From an uncultured Actinomycetes bacterium (GTDB lineage: Bacteria > Actinomycetota > Actinomycetes > Streptosporangiales > Streptosporangiaceae), in NCBI GenBank assembly GCA_963808295.1, contig CAWEFP010000022.1:111464-175463 (forward strand): 64,000 nucleotides of DNA. The letters run 5' to 3'. Below are positions 28,857-44,084 of the stretch, piece by piece. Positions within the stretch are counted from its first letter, which is position 1, and each line of letters begins with the position of its first letter. A program made the position numbers and the translations under genes. A model generated the notes under the pieces. It was given only the letters and a program-made list of their open reading frames with translations, was not told the DNA's origin and ran no database searches.

Positions 28857-29801
28857 CGTCGTGTCTCCCTGACTGGCTATCACCACTAGCAGTGCGCTGG
28901 CCGTCTTGACCTCAGGCACGGTCGTGGCACGCTACCCCGGCCGCGTCCTGCGGGTCCGGACGGTGTTATGTTATGCAAGATGCACGTGCATTCGCATGGG
29001 CTTTCGCATACTCATCCGCACAGTCATCCGCAAGTGCCGCGGCGAGTGCCCGCGCACGTGCCACATGGGGCGTTGACGGAGGGCTCCGACCAGAAAATTC
29101 CCGAATACTCCCTCCCGCGGGGACACCGGCCCGCGTTTATGCCAGCCGCCAATAAGTCGGCCTAATAGCGGCTTCTAATAAAAATTGGGTATCACCCAGA
29201 TGAACTTTCGTCAACATGAGGCGTGCGTACAACCGAATAAGGCCGCAGCGTCCTGATAGTTGCGCATTAACGCATTTCGGACGCCGGAGTATGAACGGGT
29301 GACATTGCCCGGATGACCGGAAACCCCGCACCCGGCCGCACGAGCGTGCAGGCCGCGACGGGGTGGCCGCCGCACAGTCCCCGGCAGCCAGACCCGGTGA
29401 CGGCATGGCGCAGGGCACCGCGACGCAGGGCCAGCCCGCCAGGTGTTGACTTATGAAAGAGACGGCCGGGGAGAAAGTTGCTACCTGTCGGCCAGCATGA
29501 CGACCTTCCGGCACGGACCGGGGGAAAATCACCCTGATTTCGGTCGGCCCAGGGCCGGTATGCCGGCTCCCGGGGTAGGCGCATAACGCGGCGCGCAATG
29601 GAAGTGTCCAAAAAGGAAATCATTTACTAGAATGGCAAACCGGATTGGCTGATCGGCAAAGATAGACCAGTTCTGACTCTCTGCCACGCTGCATGCCCGG
29701 TGTGATCGATGCTCGCCGCATAGCTGGTGACCAGCCAGCCCGCAGGCTGGAAAATGCCCGTGCCAGGCCGGCCGGATGGCATGTGCGAGCTGGGGTAGCT
29801 A

Positions 29802-29851
29802 AATGCCGGCCGCCGGGCAGCCGCAGGGACGGCTGGCCGACGGCCGGCATT
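29802..29851. terminator. hairpin about 65 nt downstream of metK
   Basis: The arms AATGCCGGCCG ... CGGCCGGCATT (11 bp) are separated by 28 nt. Confidence 0.4.
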
Positions 29852-29917
29852 AGTTCGGCCCCGAGCCTGGCCCCGGTATCCCGATCAGAGCCCGGTACCT
29901 GGGCCCCGGTACCGCGA

Positions 29918-31111
29918 TCAGAGACCGGCGGCGGCGCGCAGCTGCTCGACACGGTCGGCGCGCTCCCAGGAGAAGTCCGGCTCGGTACGGCCGAAGTGCC
30001 CGAAGGTGGCGGTCTGCGAGTAGATGGGGCGCTGCAGGTCCAGGATGGAGATGATGGCCCGCGGCCGGAGGTCGAACACTTCCAGGACGGCGTCCTGAAT
30101 CCGCTCGACCGGCACCTTCTCGGTGCCGAAGCACTCGACGAACAGCCCGACCGGCTTGGCCTTCCCGATCGCGTAGGCGACCTGCGTCTCGCACCGGTCG
30201 GCGAGCCCCGCCGCGACCACGTTCTTGGCCACCCACCGCATCGCGTACGCCGCGCTGCGGTCCACCTTGGACGGGTCCTTGCCGGAGAACGCGCCACCGC
30301 CGTGCCGGGCCATGCCGCCGTAGGTGTCAATGATGATCTTGCGGCCGGTCAGGCCGGCGTCCCCCATCGGGCCGCCCACCTCGAAGCGGCCGGTGGGGTT
30401 GACCAGCAGCCGGTAGTTGGACGTGTCCAGTTCCAGGGCCGCCACCACCGGCTCGACCACGTAGTCCTTGATGTCGGGGGCCAGCAGTTCCTTCAGGTTG
30501 ATGTCCGGTGCGTGCTGCGTCGACACCACGACCGTGTCCAGGCGCACCGGCGTGATGCCCGCGTACTCGACCGTCACCTGGGTCTTGCCGTCCGGGCGCA
30601 GGTACGGCACGGTTCCGCTGCGGCGGACGTTGGACAGCTGCTTGGACAGCTGGTGCGCCAGCATGATCGGGAGGGGCATCAGCTCGCTTGTCTCGCGGCA
30701 CGCGTACCCGAACATCAGGCCCTGGTCGCCGGCCCCCTGCCGGTCAAATTCCTCGGCGCCCTCGCCCTCGCGGTACTCGTACGCGTCGTCGATACCGAGA
30801 GCGATGTCCGGCGACTGCGACCCGATGGACACCGACACGCCGCAGGAGGCGCCGTCGAAGCCCTTGGCGGAGGAGTCGTAGCCGATCTCAAGGATCTTCT
30901 CCCGGATGATGCCCGGGATGTCGACGTAGGTCCGGGTGGTGACCTCACCCGCGACGTGCACCTGGCCGGTGGTGATCAGAGTCTCGACGGCGACCCGGCT
31001 TTCGGTGTCGTCTTTGATCATGGCGTCGAGGATGGCGTCACTGATCTGGTCGGCCATCTTGTCCGGATGACCCTCAGTGACCGACTCGGAGGTGAAGAGG
31101 CGACGTGCCAC
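29918..31111 (-). CDS. metK: S-adenosylmethionine synthetase
   Basis: [31 protein letters not shown]...[12 protein letters not shown]...[23 protein letters not shown] at about 31111 follows GGGAG; the ORF track start is 31141. Confidence 0.95.
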   Translation of the reverse strand: MARRLFTSESVTEGHPDKMADQISDAILDAMIKDDTESRVAVETLITTGQVHVAGEVTTRTYVDIPGIIREKILEIGYDSSAKGFDGASCGVSVSIGSQSPDIALGIDDAYEYREGEGAEEFDRQGAGDQGLMFGYACRETSELMPLPIMLAHQLSKQLSNVRRSGTVPYLRPDGKTQVTVEYAGITPVRLDTVVVSTQHAPDINLKELLAPDIKDYVVEPVVAALELDTSNYRLLVNPTGRFEVGGPMGDAGLTGRKIIIDTYGGMARHGGGAFSGKDPSKVDRSAAYAMRWVAKNVVAAGLADRCETQVAYAIGKAKPVGLFVECFGTEKVPVERIQDAVLEVFDLRPRAIISILDLQRPIYSQTATFGHFGRTEPDFSWERADRVEQLRAAAGL

Positions 31112-32534
31112 GAGACTCCCTTTCCTTCTGTACGGGTCCAATGTTCTTTCCCGGCAGACTCGCCCGAAGTTTATCCATGATCATGTCGCCGGTGGCCGGG
31201 ACGCAGTCGAGCGCCCCTTCACTTGATCGCTTCCGGCCGCATTTGATACTGGTGGACGGCCTGCGTAAGGCTACCTTTGACCGCAGCCGGGGCGCCACAA
31301 GATCCCAGACGGTATCGGCCAGGACCTCCTTGGGGGCCCGCGGGATCTCCGTCTGCGACCCGTCGGCACCCACCACGACGGCCTCGTTGTCACTGGTCCC
31401 GAAGGCCAGCCCGTTTCCGACCCGGTTGACCACCAGCAGGTCACAGCCCTTGCGGGCGAGCTTGGCCCGGCTGCCGGCCAGGTCCGGCTCGGTCTCCGCC
31501 GCGAAGCCGACGATGACCTGCCCGGGACGCGGCGCCCCCGGGAGGACGCCGGGCGCGCCGGGCGCCCCGGCCGCCGTACTGCGCTGCGCGGACAGCTCGG
31601 CCAGGATGTCGGGGTTGCGGACGAGCCCGATCGGGGCTGGTTCCGAGCCATCCTTCTTTATCTTTGCCGCGCTCCGCACCGCGGGGCGGAAGTCGGCCAC
31701 GGCGGCGGCCATCACGACCGCGTCGGCGTCAGCCGCCTCGGCCAGCATCACGTCGCGCATCTCCAGCGCGGAGGTCACCCGGATCACGCGCGTCCCGGCC
31801 GGGTCGGGCAGCGCGACGTTCGCCGCCACCAGCGTCACCTTGGCCCCGCGGGCGACGGCAGTCTCCGCGAACGCGTACCCCTGGCGGCCAGAAGACCAGT
31901 TACCGAGGAACCGCACCGGGTCGAGCTCCTCACGGGTCCCCCCGGCGGACACGACGACCTTGCGGCCGGCCATGTCCTGGCCGAGCCCGCCCGCGCCCCG
32001 CGCCAGGACCCGCATCGCGGCCGCGTATATCTCACCGGGCTCCGGCAGCCGGCCGACCCCGGAGTCCGCGCCGGTCAGGCGGCCGCTGGCCGGATCGAGC
32101 ACGATCGCCCCGCGGTCCCGCAGCAGCGCGACGTTGGCCCGCGTGGCCGGGTGCTCCCACATCTCCGTGTGCATCGCCGGTGCGTACAGCACCGGGCACC
32201 GCGCGGTCAGCAGCGTCGCGGTCAGCAGGTCATCGGCCATACCCGCCGCGGCCCGCGCCATGAGATCCGCCGTGGCCGGGGCGACGATCACGAGATCCGC
32301 CGACTGCCCGAGCCGGACGTGCGGAACCTGATCCGCCCCGGTCCAGGCATCGGTGCGGACGGGATGGCCGGACAGCGCCGCCCAGGTCGCCTCGCCGACG
32401 AATCGCAGCGCGTCCGGGGTGGGCACGACCCATACGTCATGACCCGTTTCGGTGAGCCGCCGGAGCAGCTCGCACGCCTTGTAGGCAGCTATGCCGGCCG
32501 TTACGCCGAGGATGACCCGCGGTGCCACACGCAC
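31074..32534 (-). CDS. coaBC: bifunctional phosphopantothenoylcysteine decarboxylase / synthetase; ~70-codon run-on tail overlaps the metK start
   Basis: [21 protein letters not shown]...[23 protein letters not shown]...[27 protein letters not shown]. It carries a Gly/Ala/Pro insert, [18 protein letters not shown]. Confidence 0.9.
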   Translation of the reverse strand: MRVAPRVILGVTAGIAAYKACELLRRLTETGHDVWVVPTPDALRFVGEATWAALSGHPVRTDAWTGADQVPHVRLGQSADLVIVAPATADLMARAAAGMADDLLTATLLTARCPVLYAPAMHTEMWEHPATRANVALLRDRGAIVLDPASGRLTGADSGVGRLPEPGEIYAAAMRVLARGAGGLGQDMAGRKVVVSAGGTREELDPVRFLGNWSSGRQGYAFAETAVARGAKVTLVAANVALPDPAGTRVIRVTSALEMRDVMLAEAADADAVVMAAAVADFRPAVRSAAKIKKDGSEPAPIGLVRNPDILAELSAQRSTAAGAPGAPGVLPGAPRPGQVIVGFAAETEPDLAGSRAKLARKGCDLLVVNRVGNGLAFGTSDNEAVVVGADGSQTEIPRAPKEVLADTVWDLVAPRLRSKVALRRPSTSIKCGRKRSSEGALDCVPATGDMIMDKLRASLPGKNIGPVQKERESRGTSPLHLRVGH

Positions 32535-32555
32535 TCCCGCCCGGTCGGGCGGCCG

Positions 32556-32816
32556 TCAGCCCTCGGTGCGCTCGACCGAGAGAAGCCCGTCCCGCACTTC
32601 ACGCAGCGCGATCGACAGCGGCTTCTCCTGGACCCGGGTCTCCACCAGCGGGCCCACGTACTCGAGCAGGCCCTCGCCCAGCTGCGAGTAGTACGCGTTG
32701 ATCTGCCGCGCCCGCTTCGCGGCCATGATCACGAGCTGGTACTTGCTGTCCACGACTTTGAGCAGGTCGTCGATCGGCGGGTTGATAATGCCATCTGCGG
32801 CGGGAGTCCCTGCCAC
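32556..32816 (-). CDS. rpoZ: DNA-directed RNA polymerase subunit omega
   Basis: 86 aa: [40 protein letters not shown]. Confidence 0.9.
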   Translation of the reverse strand: MAGTPAADGIINPPIDDLLKVVDSKYQLVIMAAKRARQINAYYSQLGEGLLEYVGPLVETRVQEKPLSIALREVRDGLLSVERTEG

Positions 32817-32841
32817 GTCACGCCTTTCGTCTGATTAACGC

Positions 32842-33507
32842 TTATCGCTCATCGGAGCATCGCTCGTCCGAGCCGAAAACCAAGGCTACCACCTGGTGGC
32901 ATACCTCCTGGACCGACGTGTTGACCAGCGTAAGGTCGAATTCGCTCTCCGCGGCGAGCTCGCGGCGCGCCGCGTCCAGCCGCCGCTGCACGACCTCGGG
33001 CGGCTCCGTGCCGCGCCCGGTCAGCCTGCGGACCAGTTCCTCCCAGGACGGCGGGGCCAGGAAGACCAGGCGGGCGTCGGGCACGCTGCGCCGCACCTGC
33101 CGGGCCCCCTCAAGGTCGATCTCCAGGAGGCAACCAATCCCGGCGGCCAGCTTCTCATCGAGGGGCTTTCGCGGCGTTCCATACTTATTACCGGCGAACT
33201 CCGCCCATTCCAGTAGCTCGCCATCGACGACCATCCGGTCAAATTCCTTGTCGTCGACAAAGTAATATTCCCGCCCGTCGACCTCCCCGGCCCGCGGCGC
33301 CCGCGTCGTCACCGAAACGGAAAGCCACAGTTCGGGGCAGCACCGGCGCAGTTCCGCGATGACCGTGCTCTTCCCGACCCCGGAGGGGCCGGAGAGCACG
33401 GTCAGCCGGGAGAACTTCCGCATGGAAAGGCAGTATCCACCGCCGATCCTCGCGGCTCCGCCGGGGGTGGCGAAGTCGCGCACGAAATCTCCGGAGTGGG
33501 CGACCAT
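32842..33507 (-). CDS. gmk: guanylate kinase
   Basis: [19 protein letters not shown]...[22 protein letters not shown]...[12 protein letters not shown]. The likely start is the internal ATG at about 33423. Confidence 0.9.
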   Translation of the reverse strand: MVAHSGDFVRDFATPGGAARIGGGYCLSMRKFSRLTVLSGPSGVGKSTVIAELRRCCPELWLSVSVTTRAPRAGEVDGREYYFVDDKEFDRMVVDGELLEWAEFAGNKYGTPRKPLDEKLAAGIGCLLEIDLEGARQVRRSVPDARLVFLAPPSWEELVRRLTGRGTEPPEVVQRRLDAARRELAAESEFDLTLVNTSVQEVCHQVVALVFGSDERCSDER

Positions 33508-33542
33508 GCCCCCGTGCCCGCTCCCGGGTTCCGCTGGCCGCC

Positions 33543-33863
33543 TCAGATGTCCGAGCCGAACTCGTGCTCTAGCGCCGAGCGCTGGTTCGTACCAAGCCCG
33601 CGGACGCGGCGGGACTCGGCGATGCCAAGCCGTTCCATGATCTGCTTGGCCCGGACCTTGCCCACGCCGGGCATCGACTCAAGCAAGGCCGAGACCTTCA
33701 TCTTGCCAATGACGTCATCGGTCGAGCCTTCCTTGATGACGTCCGAGAGCGTGGTGGCTCCGCGCTTGAGGCGATTCTTCACCTCTGCGCGTTCTTTACG
33801 CGCTCTGGCGGCCTTCTCCAAGGCCGCCGCGCGCTGGTCAGGAGTGAGGGGAGGAAGAGCCAC
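33543..33863 (-). CDS. mihF: actinobacterial integration host factor mIHF
   Basis: [35 protein letters not shown]...[35 protein letters not shown]. Confidence 0.9.
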   Translation of the reverse strand: MALPPLTPDQRAAALEKAARARKERAEVKNRLKRGATTLSDVIKEGSTDDVIGKMKVSALLESMPGVGKVRAKQIMERLGIAESRRVRGLGTNQRSALEHEFGSDI

Positions 33864-34492
33864 TCGAGGTCACCTCGGGTTTCGTCGGTAAAAACGTTGG
33901 TCGGGGGGAAACTAGCGAGTAAGCGTACCTTTCGGCAACGCGAATCCCCGTTTATGTCATAATAAATTTAAGGATATTACTTTGAGTGATCGATTGATCA
34001 CTATGAGCAAGCAACCAACGGTCACACGCTCTCCTGTCCGCCCTGCCGGCCGTGAACCAATGCACCGAGCGCCCCCGTCACCGGGGCCGCCACGATGGGC
34101 CATCCACGCAAGAGTAAGCCAACTGACGCCGTTCCTGAACAGGGGCGGAGGGATGACTTCGCCGCCCGGCGGTCAATACGCCGCGCTCGCGGCGCACACA
34201 CCCAGCCCGCACCGGTTCGCAGATTTGGCCACCGCCCGATCGCGCATATGATGGCCACCGCACACCACTGAAGCCGTTACTCCATACGGCGCGTGTCACC
34301 ACTCCCCGGTTACCACACAGACTGGCACAGCAAGGCGCCGCAATCCCATGGAAACGGACCGGCGGCCGAAGTTACATGGCGAGTAAATATTTTACCTTTC
34401 AAGGCCATGCCCATCCTATGGTGAAGCCAAACGGCCAATCATCTGCATACGAATCGGCCAGGTGACCCTTACCACACGCCCTTACCGCTTCC

Positions 34493-35380
34493 TTACCGTG
34501 CCCGGCTACGCGGTGGCATTTCACCCTGGCTCAGGCGTAACGCCAGCCGGTGAGCTGGCGTGAGCCGCCGCAGGGACGCCGCCACGGCGGCCGCAGCCGC
34601 GCCGGGGTCGGCCGCGCTGGTGATGGGCCGCCCGATGACCAGCAGGTCAGAGCCCGCCTTGACGGCCTCCTCGGGCGTGGCCACCCGGGCCTGATCGTAG
34701 GCGGCCGAGCCCGCGGGCCGCACGCCAGGGGTGATGAGCATGATGTCGGGCCCCACCTCGGCCCGCACCGCGCCGACCTCGCGCGGCGAGCAGACGATGC
34801 CTCCGGCGCCGGCCTCGACGGCGAGCGAGGCGAGCCGCAGCACCGTGTCGTGCACGCTCCCCGTCACGCCGATCTGCCCCAGCTGGGCCTCGTTCAGTGA
34901 GGTGAGGAGGGTGACCGCGGCGATCTTCGTGCGGGGCGCGGCCTCCGTGGCGGCGCGGATGACGTCGGCGCCGCCGCTCGCGTGCACCGTCAGCAGGTCA
35001 GGGTGCAGGCGCGCGACGGTCCGCGCGGCGCGGGCCACCGTCGCCGGGATGTCATGCAGCTTGAGGTCCAGGAAGACGCGCACGCCGCTGGCCCCCCTGA
35101 TCGAGGCGACCACATCCGGGCCGTACCGCAAGTACAGCTCCAGGCCGATCTTCACCGTACTGACGTGCGGCGTCACCAGGTCGGCCCAGCGCGCGGCGGT
35201 TTCCAGATCGGGTGCGTCCAGCGCGACGGCGACTGGCGCGGGGTTGCTCAAGGCCACTCCTTCAACTCGTGCCCGGCAGGGTTCCGCGTCCTGCATCAAC
35301 GTTCCCGACCCCACCAGCCCTGTGCGTCTCCCAGGCACGTGTCGTACCTGCGGCACCTCCGCTCTCCCGCGCCGGGACAC
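34493..35380 (-). CDS. pyrF: orotidine-5'-phosphate decarboxylase
   Basis: PVAVALDAPDLETAARWADLV..HVSTVKIGLELY...VFLDLKLHDIPATV...LLVIGRPIT. The likely start is the internal ATG at about 35296. Confidence 0.9.
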   Translation of the reverse strand: MSRRGRAEVPQVRHVPGRRTGLVGSGTLMQDAEPCRARVEGVALSNPAPVAVALDAPDLETAARWADLVTPHVSTVKIGLELYLRYGPDVVASIRGASGVRVFLDLKLHDIPATVARAARTVARLHPDLLTVHASGGADVIRAATEAAPRTKIAAVTLLTSLNEAQLGQIGVTGSVHDTVLRLASLAVEAGAGGIVCSPREVGAVRAEVGPDIMLITPGVRPAGSAAYDQARVATPEEAVKAGSDLLVIGRPITSAADPGAAAAAVAASLRRLTPAHRLALRLSQGEMPPRSRAR

Positions 35381-35473
35381 GGGCCCGGCGTCGTTCTACG
35401 TACCCGCTTACCCCCCACGGGCCACCGCCATGTCTGCGTGGGCACCGGTGCGGTGGCGGTCGCGGGGCGGGGG

Positions 35474-36437
35474 TCAGGCCGGGCGGCGGCGGAGGGGCGT
35501 GGAGTAGCCGCCGGTCTGATGGGCCAGCCCGGTCACCTCGGCGAGGCGCCCGGCGCCCAGCACGGTGAGCTCTTCCTCCAGTTCGCGCTGAATCCGGGTG
35601 CAGGCCGACGGGTCGTTGAAGATGGCCGTGCCCACGCCCACCAGGGACGCACCGGCCATGATCAGCTCAAGCGCGTCGCGGCCCGGTGCGCACGCCGCCG
35701 ATGCCGATGATGGGGACGTCGGGGAGGGCCTCCCGCGCCAGCCAGATGCACCGCACGGCCACCGGGCGGATCGCCGGGCCGGACAGGCCGCCCAGCGCGC
35801 CCGCGATCGCCGGGCGCCTGGTTTCCGGGTCGATGACCATGCCGGGCAGCGTGTTGATCATGGACAGGCCGTCGGCGCCCGCCGCCACGCAGGACCGGGC
35901 GATGGTCACGATGTCGGTGACATCCGCGGACAGCTTGGCGAAGACGGGGATGTCGTACCGGGCGGAGCCGCGCGCGGCCTCGACCACGCGGGCCGCCGCG
36001 TCGGGCTGGGAGGCGAAGTCCTGCCCCCGGGCGCCGGCGTTCGGCCAGGACAGGTTCAGCTCGATCGCCGTGACCCCGGCCGCGTCGGACAGCCGCGCGG
36101 CGAGCTCGGCGTATTCGCCCGCGCTGCCGCCGGCGATCGAGACCACCGTGCGGGCACCGCGGGAGAGCAGCCAGGGCAGGTCACGCTGGAGGAACGCATC
36201 GATCCCGGGCCCCTGGAGGCCGACCGAGCTGAGCATGCCGCTGGGTGTCTCGGCGGTACGCGGTGTCGGCCGGCCTGCCTGCGGCTCGATCAGGATCGAT
36301 TTGGTGACGATGGCGCCGATCTTGGCCACGTCGATGAACTGCGCCAGCTCGCGGCCGGTTCCCGCGCATCCGGCGGCCGTGAGGACCGGGTTCGGCAGCT
36401 CGACGTGGCCGAGCCGGGCCCGCAGGTCAGCCGGCAT
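35474..36437 (-). CDS. pyrD: dihydroorotate dehydrogenase catalytic subunit (class 1B); 1-nt frame break near 35665
   Basis: LPNPVLTAAGCAGTGREL...GAIVTKSI...NLSWPN...IIGIGGVRTG then PRRA*. The expected continuation RDALELIMAGASLVGVGTAIFNDP is in ORF 35474..35659, with an extra C in GGGCCGCGAC. Confidence 0.85.
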
Positions 36438-37474
36438 GGCCGGCCTGGGGCGGGCGCGGATGCTGCACCGGGCGGGCAGCCGTGGACGGCCGCGGTATCT
36501 GCGGCCGGCGTGCGGTGTGGGGTAGCTGAGCCGCCGCGTGATCGGCCGGGGCCTCGCGGGGGGCGCGGGGGGGCTTCCAGCCGGGGGCGCCCAGCGCGTC
36601 GAAGGGGATCGTCCCCACGTCGTCCCAGCGCACCACGTCGCCGCGGAATACCGGGCCGTCGACGCACGACCGCACGATGCGGGTGATCCCGTCCGAACCC
36701 ACCACCGGCAGCACGCAGCTCATGCAGACCCCGGTCCCGCAGCCCATGGCCTCCTGCACGCAGGCCTGCACGGGAATGTCGTACCGGCTGGCCAGCGCGG
36801 TCACCTCGCGCAGCACGGGAAGCGGCGCCGACGCGTAGATGACGTCGCTGCGGGCCTCGTGGATGACCTGGCTGAGCAGGTCGGTGACGACCCCGCGCGT
36901 GCCCAGCGACCCGTCCCCGGTGGTGATCGTCGCGCTGCGCGCGGTGCGGCGTGCGCGCAGCGCGCCGAACACGTGGTCCGCGCTTTCCGCGCCGAGCAGG
37001 AAGTCGACCTGGCAGCCGCGCTCACGCAGCCGGTCCGCGAGCGGGAACAGCGCCGTGCTGCCGAGCCCGGCCCCGACCAGCAGGCAGCTCGCGGATTCGC
37101 GCGGGACGGGGAACGGCCGGCCGAGCGGGCCAACCGCGTCCAGCATGTCCCGGCTGCGGCGGTCGGGCCAGCCACCGGGTGCCCGGCTCGCTGGCGGTGA
37201 AGACGAACTCGACCGTGCCGCCGTGGTCGGGGCGCACGTCGTGGACGGTGAAGGCCCGGCGCAGCAGCATCGAGCTTTCCGGCCCGCCGACGGCGACCGT
37301 GACGAACTGCCCCGGCCGGAAGCGGCTCGCGATGGCCGGGGCCACCATCGTCAGGGCGTGGTAGGCGTCGATCCGGCGCACGGTGAGCACCGGCCCGCGT
37401 ACCTGAACCGGCGCCACGCCCTGCTCACCATCCCTTGACGTTCTGGACGTCGTCATGACCCCTCCCTGGCTCAT
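36427..37474 (-). CDS. pyrK: dihydroorotate dehydrogenase electron-transfer subunit; frame break near 37146-37175
   Basis: The N-terminus (ORF 37022..37474) reads VLTVRRIDAYHALTMVAPAIASRFRPGQFVTVAV...RRAFTVH. The C-terminus (ORF 36427..37146) reads LDAVGPLGRPFP...LLVGAGLGSTALFPLA...CGTGVCMSCV, a 2Fe-2S Cys cluster. Confidence 0.8.
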
Positions 37475-37588
37475 GCGGCCAGGGAAATCCGGTCACCGCG
37501 CTGCCAGTGTCGTCCTATCGGGCTCGTGCTATCCGGCACCGTACCGCCTGGCGGCGCCGGCCGGGACCGCGCGGGGCCAGCCGAAGGG

Positions 37589-41245
<3,657 letters not shown>

Positions 41246-41448
41246 GCGCTCCCGTCGTGTCTAGCTGTCACGCTGTTCACGCATTGCGCGCCCCACCGGC
41301 CCCGCGCGTCCCAGCAGCCCCATAGCCGGAGCGGCGGCGCGGCGGCGTACCGGCGCCGGCGTTTCCGCAGTATCTGCGGAAGAGCCGGCGCCGATCATGG
41401 CGGGAGACGCCGCGGGCGCGGGCAGCGGCCCGGCCGGACTGGGCGGGG

Positions 41449-42751
41449 TCATTGGGGGCGCTCCATGGCGGCGCAGAACTCCTCGAAGAGGCCGGCGGCG
41501 TCGTGCGGGCCGGGGGCCGCCTCGGGGTGGTACTGGACGCTGAACACGGGGCGCTCCAGCATCCGCAGGCCCTCGACCACGCCGTCGTTGAGGTTGACGT
41601 GGCTGACGACCGCGGGCCCGTAGGGGGTGTCGAAGGGCTGGCGGGCGGCGGCGGGGATGTGCGCCCATTCGGTCCCGGTGCCGGGGAGCGGCTTCCCCGG
41701 GGCGTGGCCTTCCCCGCGGGGTGGCCTTCCCCGGCGGGGCATGGCTCTCCCCGGCGGACTGGTCCCCGGCGAGGGTCACCCCGGGCAGGGCGGCGGCGAA
41801 GCCGTGGTTGTGGCTGGTCACCTGGACCCGGCCGGTGGCCAGGTCCATGACCGGCTGGTTCACGCCGCGGTGGCCGTAGCGGAGCTTGTAGGTGTCCAGG
41901 CCCAGCGCCCGGCCGAGGATCTGGCTGCCCAGGCAGATCCCGAACACCGGCAGGCCGGCCTCCAGCACGCCCCGCATCGCCTGCACCGCGTAGCCGGCCG
42001 CGGCCGGGTCACCGGGGCCGTTGCTGAAGAAGACCCCGTCCGGGTCCCGCTCCAGGATCGTGGCGGCGGTGGCGTCCGCGGGCAGGACCAGCACCTCACA
42101 CCCGAGCCGGGCCAGGTAGCGCGGGGTCGAGGCCTTGATGCCCAGGTCCACCGCGGCGACCCGGTACCGGGCCGGCGTCCCGGCCGGCGGGCTGACCGTG
42201 TAGGGCTCGGAGGTGGTGACGGTCCGGGCCAGGTCGGCGCCGACCATTCCCGGGCTGGCCAGCACGCGCTGCAGCAGCGCGGCCGGGTCGGCTTCGGTGG
42301 TGCTGATCGCCGCGCGCATCGCGCCGTGCTCGCGCAGCCGCCGGGTGAGCGCGCGGGTGCCGCGGACCGCGATGCCGGTGACGCCCTGGTCGCGGAGCTC
42401 GGCGTCCAGGTCCCGGGCCGCCCGCCAGCTCGACGTCAGCCGGGCGGGCTCCCGCACCACGTAACCGCCCACCCAGATGCGCCGCGATTCCGGGTCCTCG
42501 TCGTTGACGCCGGTGTTGCCGATGTGCGGGGCGGTCATGGCGACGATCTGGCGCGCGTACGACGGGTCGGTCAGCGTCTCCTGGTAACCCGTCATGCCGG
42601 TGTTGAACACCATCTCCCCGAAGGTCTCGCCCTCCGCGCCGAATGAGCTCCCGCGCAGGACCGTTCCGTCTTCGAGGACGAGCAGGGCCGGCGGTGCCGC
42701 ACGGCCGTCGGCGGCCTGGCCGGCGGCGGCCGGCGCGGCGTCCGCGGTCAT
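41449..42751 (-). CDS. carA: carbamoyl-phosphate synthase small subunit; repeat insertion plus frame change near 41690-41790
   Basis: [44 protein letters not shown]...[12 protein letters not shown]...VTSHNHGFA is followed by a [20 protein letters not shown] insert. The real C-terminus, [14 protein letters not shown]...[16 protein letters not shown], is in ORF 41449..41742. Confidence 0.9.
41685..41770. repeat. ggccttccccg.gggg-type tandem repeats inside carA
   Basis: gcttccccggggcgtggccttccccgcggggtggccttccccggcggggcatggctctccccggcgg. Confidence 0.8.
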
Positions 42752-44055
42752 GACGCCAGCTTCCCGTCGAGCACGGTCGCGGTGCCGCGCAGGAACGTGG
42801 CCACCACCTTGCCCGGCAGCGCGACGCCGCGGAACGGCGAGTTGCGGCTCTTCGACGCGTGCGCGGCCGGGTCCACCGGCTCGGCCGCGGCCGCCGGGTC
42901 ATACAGCGTGAGGTTCGCGGGCGCCCCGGTCCCGGGCAGGATGCCGTGCCCGCTCAGCCGGCCGATGCCGGCCGGCCGCACCGACATCCGGTCCGCCACC
43001 CCGCCCCAGTCCAGCAGCCCGGTCTCCACCATGGCCCGCTGCACCGCGCGCAGCGCGACCTCCAGGCCGGTCATGCCGAAGGCGGCGTCGGCCCACTCGG
43101 TGTCCTTGGCTTCGGCCGGGTGCGGCGCGTGATCCGTGGCCACGCAGTCGATCGTCCCGTCGGCCAGGCCCTGCCGGAGCCCCGCGGCGTCAGCGGCGGT
43201 CCGCAGCGGCGGGTTGACCTTGAACACCGGGTCGTAGCCCTCGGCCAGCTCGTCGGTGAGCAGCAGGTGGTGCGGGGTGACCTCGGCCGTGACCCGCCAC
43301 CCCTTGGACTTGGCCCAGCGGATGATCTCCACCGACCCGGCCGTCGACACGTGGCAGACGTGCAGGGCCGAGCCCACGTGCGCGGCCAGCAGGCAGTCCC
43401 GGGCGATGATCGCCTCCTCGGCCACGGCCGGCCAGCCCGCCAGCCCCAGCCGCCCGGACACCGCGCCCTCGTTCATCTGGGCGTCCTCGGTGAGCCGGGG
43501 CTCCTGGGCGTGCTGCGCGATCACCCCGTCGAACGCCTTGACGTACTCCAGCGCCCGGCGCATCAGCAGCGGGTCGGACACGCAGCGGCCGTCGTCGGAA
43601 AACACCCTGACCCGGGCGGCCGAGTCGGCCATCGCGCCGAGCTCGGCCAGGCGCGTTCCGCCGAGCCCGAGCGTCACGGCGCCGACCGGCTGGACGTCAC
43701 AGTGCCCGGCCTCCCGGCCGAGCCGCCACACCTGCTCCACCACCCCGGCGGTGTCGGCAACCGGCTCGGTGTTGGCCATGGCGTGCACGGCGGTGTAGCC
43801 GCCCAGCGCGGCCGCCCGGGTGCCGGTCTCGATGGTCTCCGCGTCCTCGCGGCCCGGCTCCCGCAGGTGGGTGTGCAGGTCGACCAGCCCGGGCAGCGCG
43901 ATCAGGCCGTCCGCGTCCAGCACCTGGGCCCCGGCCGCGGCGAGCCGCGTCCCGGTGTCCGCGATCACCCCGCCGCGCAGCAGCAGGTCGGTGCGCTGGC
44001 CGCCGGGCAGGGTGACCGTCCTGATCAGCCAGGTGTCCGCCATGCCGTTCACCAT
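42748..44055 (-). CDS. pyrC: dihydroorotase
   Basis: MVNGMADTWLIRTVTLPGG...GLVDLHTHLREPGREDAETIETGTRAAALGGYTAV...HVCHVSTAGSVE...ATDHAPH. The ORF stays open upstream to 44301 through the repeat array. Confidence 0.9.
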   Translation of the reverse strand: MVNGMADTWLIRTVTLPGGQRTDLLLRGGVIADTGTRLAAAGAQVLDADGLIALPGLVDLHTHLREPGREDAETIETGTRAAALGGYTAVHAMANTEPVADTAGVVEQVWRLGREAGHCDVQPVGAVTLGLGGTRLAELGAMADSAARVRVFSDDGRCVSDPLLMRRALEYVKAFDGVIAQHAQEPRLTEDAQMNEGAVSGRLGLAGWPAVAEEAIIARDCLLAAHVGSALHVCHVSTAGSVEIIRWAKSKGWRVTAEVTPHHLLLTDELAEGYDPVFKVNPPLRTAADAAGLRQGLADGTIDCVATDHAPHPAEAKDTEWADAAFGMTGLEVALRAVQRAMVETGLLDWGGVADRMSVRPAGIGRLSGHGILPGTGAPANLTLYDPAAAAEPVDPAAHASKSRNSPFRGVALPGKVVATFLRGTATVLDGKLAS

Positions 44056-44084
44056 TCCACCGTGTCTTCCTCCGCTGTGCCGTC

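Noticed and set aside
28968-29165. His-rich 65-aa ORF (MHVHSHGLSHTHPHSHPQ...) as a metal-binding peptide or leader peptide gene
   Set aside because: There is no RBS and no homology I recognise. The His codons are not consecutive as in his-leader peptides, and the composition after residue 30 looks non-coding. It is mentioned only within the finding on the non-coding gap.
33983-34000. AGTGATC-gatt-GATCACT palindrome in the AT-rich mihF upstream region as a defined operator
   Set aside because: The dyad is real, but I cannot tie it to a known regulator. mihF leaders are long and AT-richer in general, so evidence is insufficient to annotate it.
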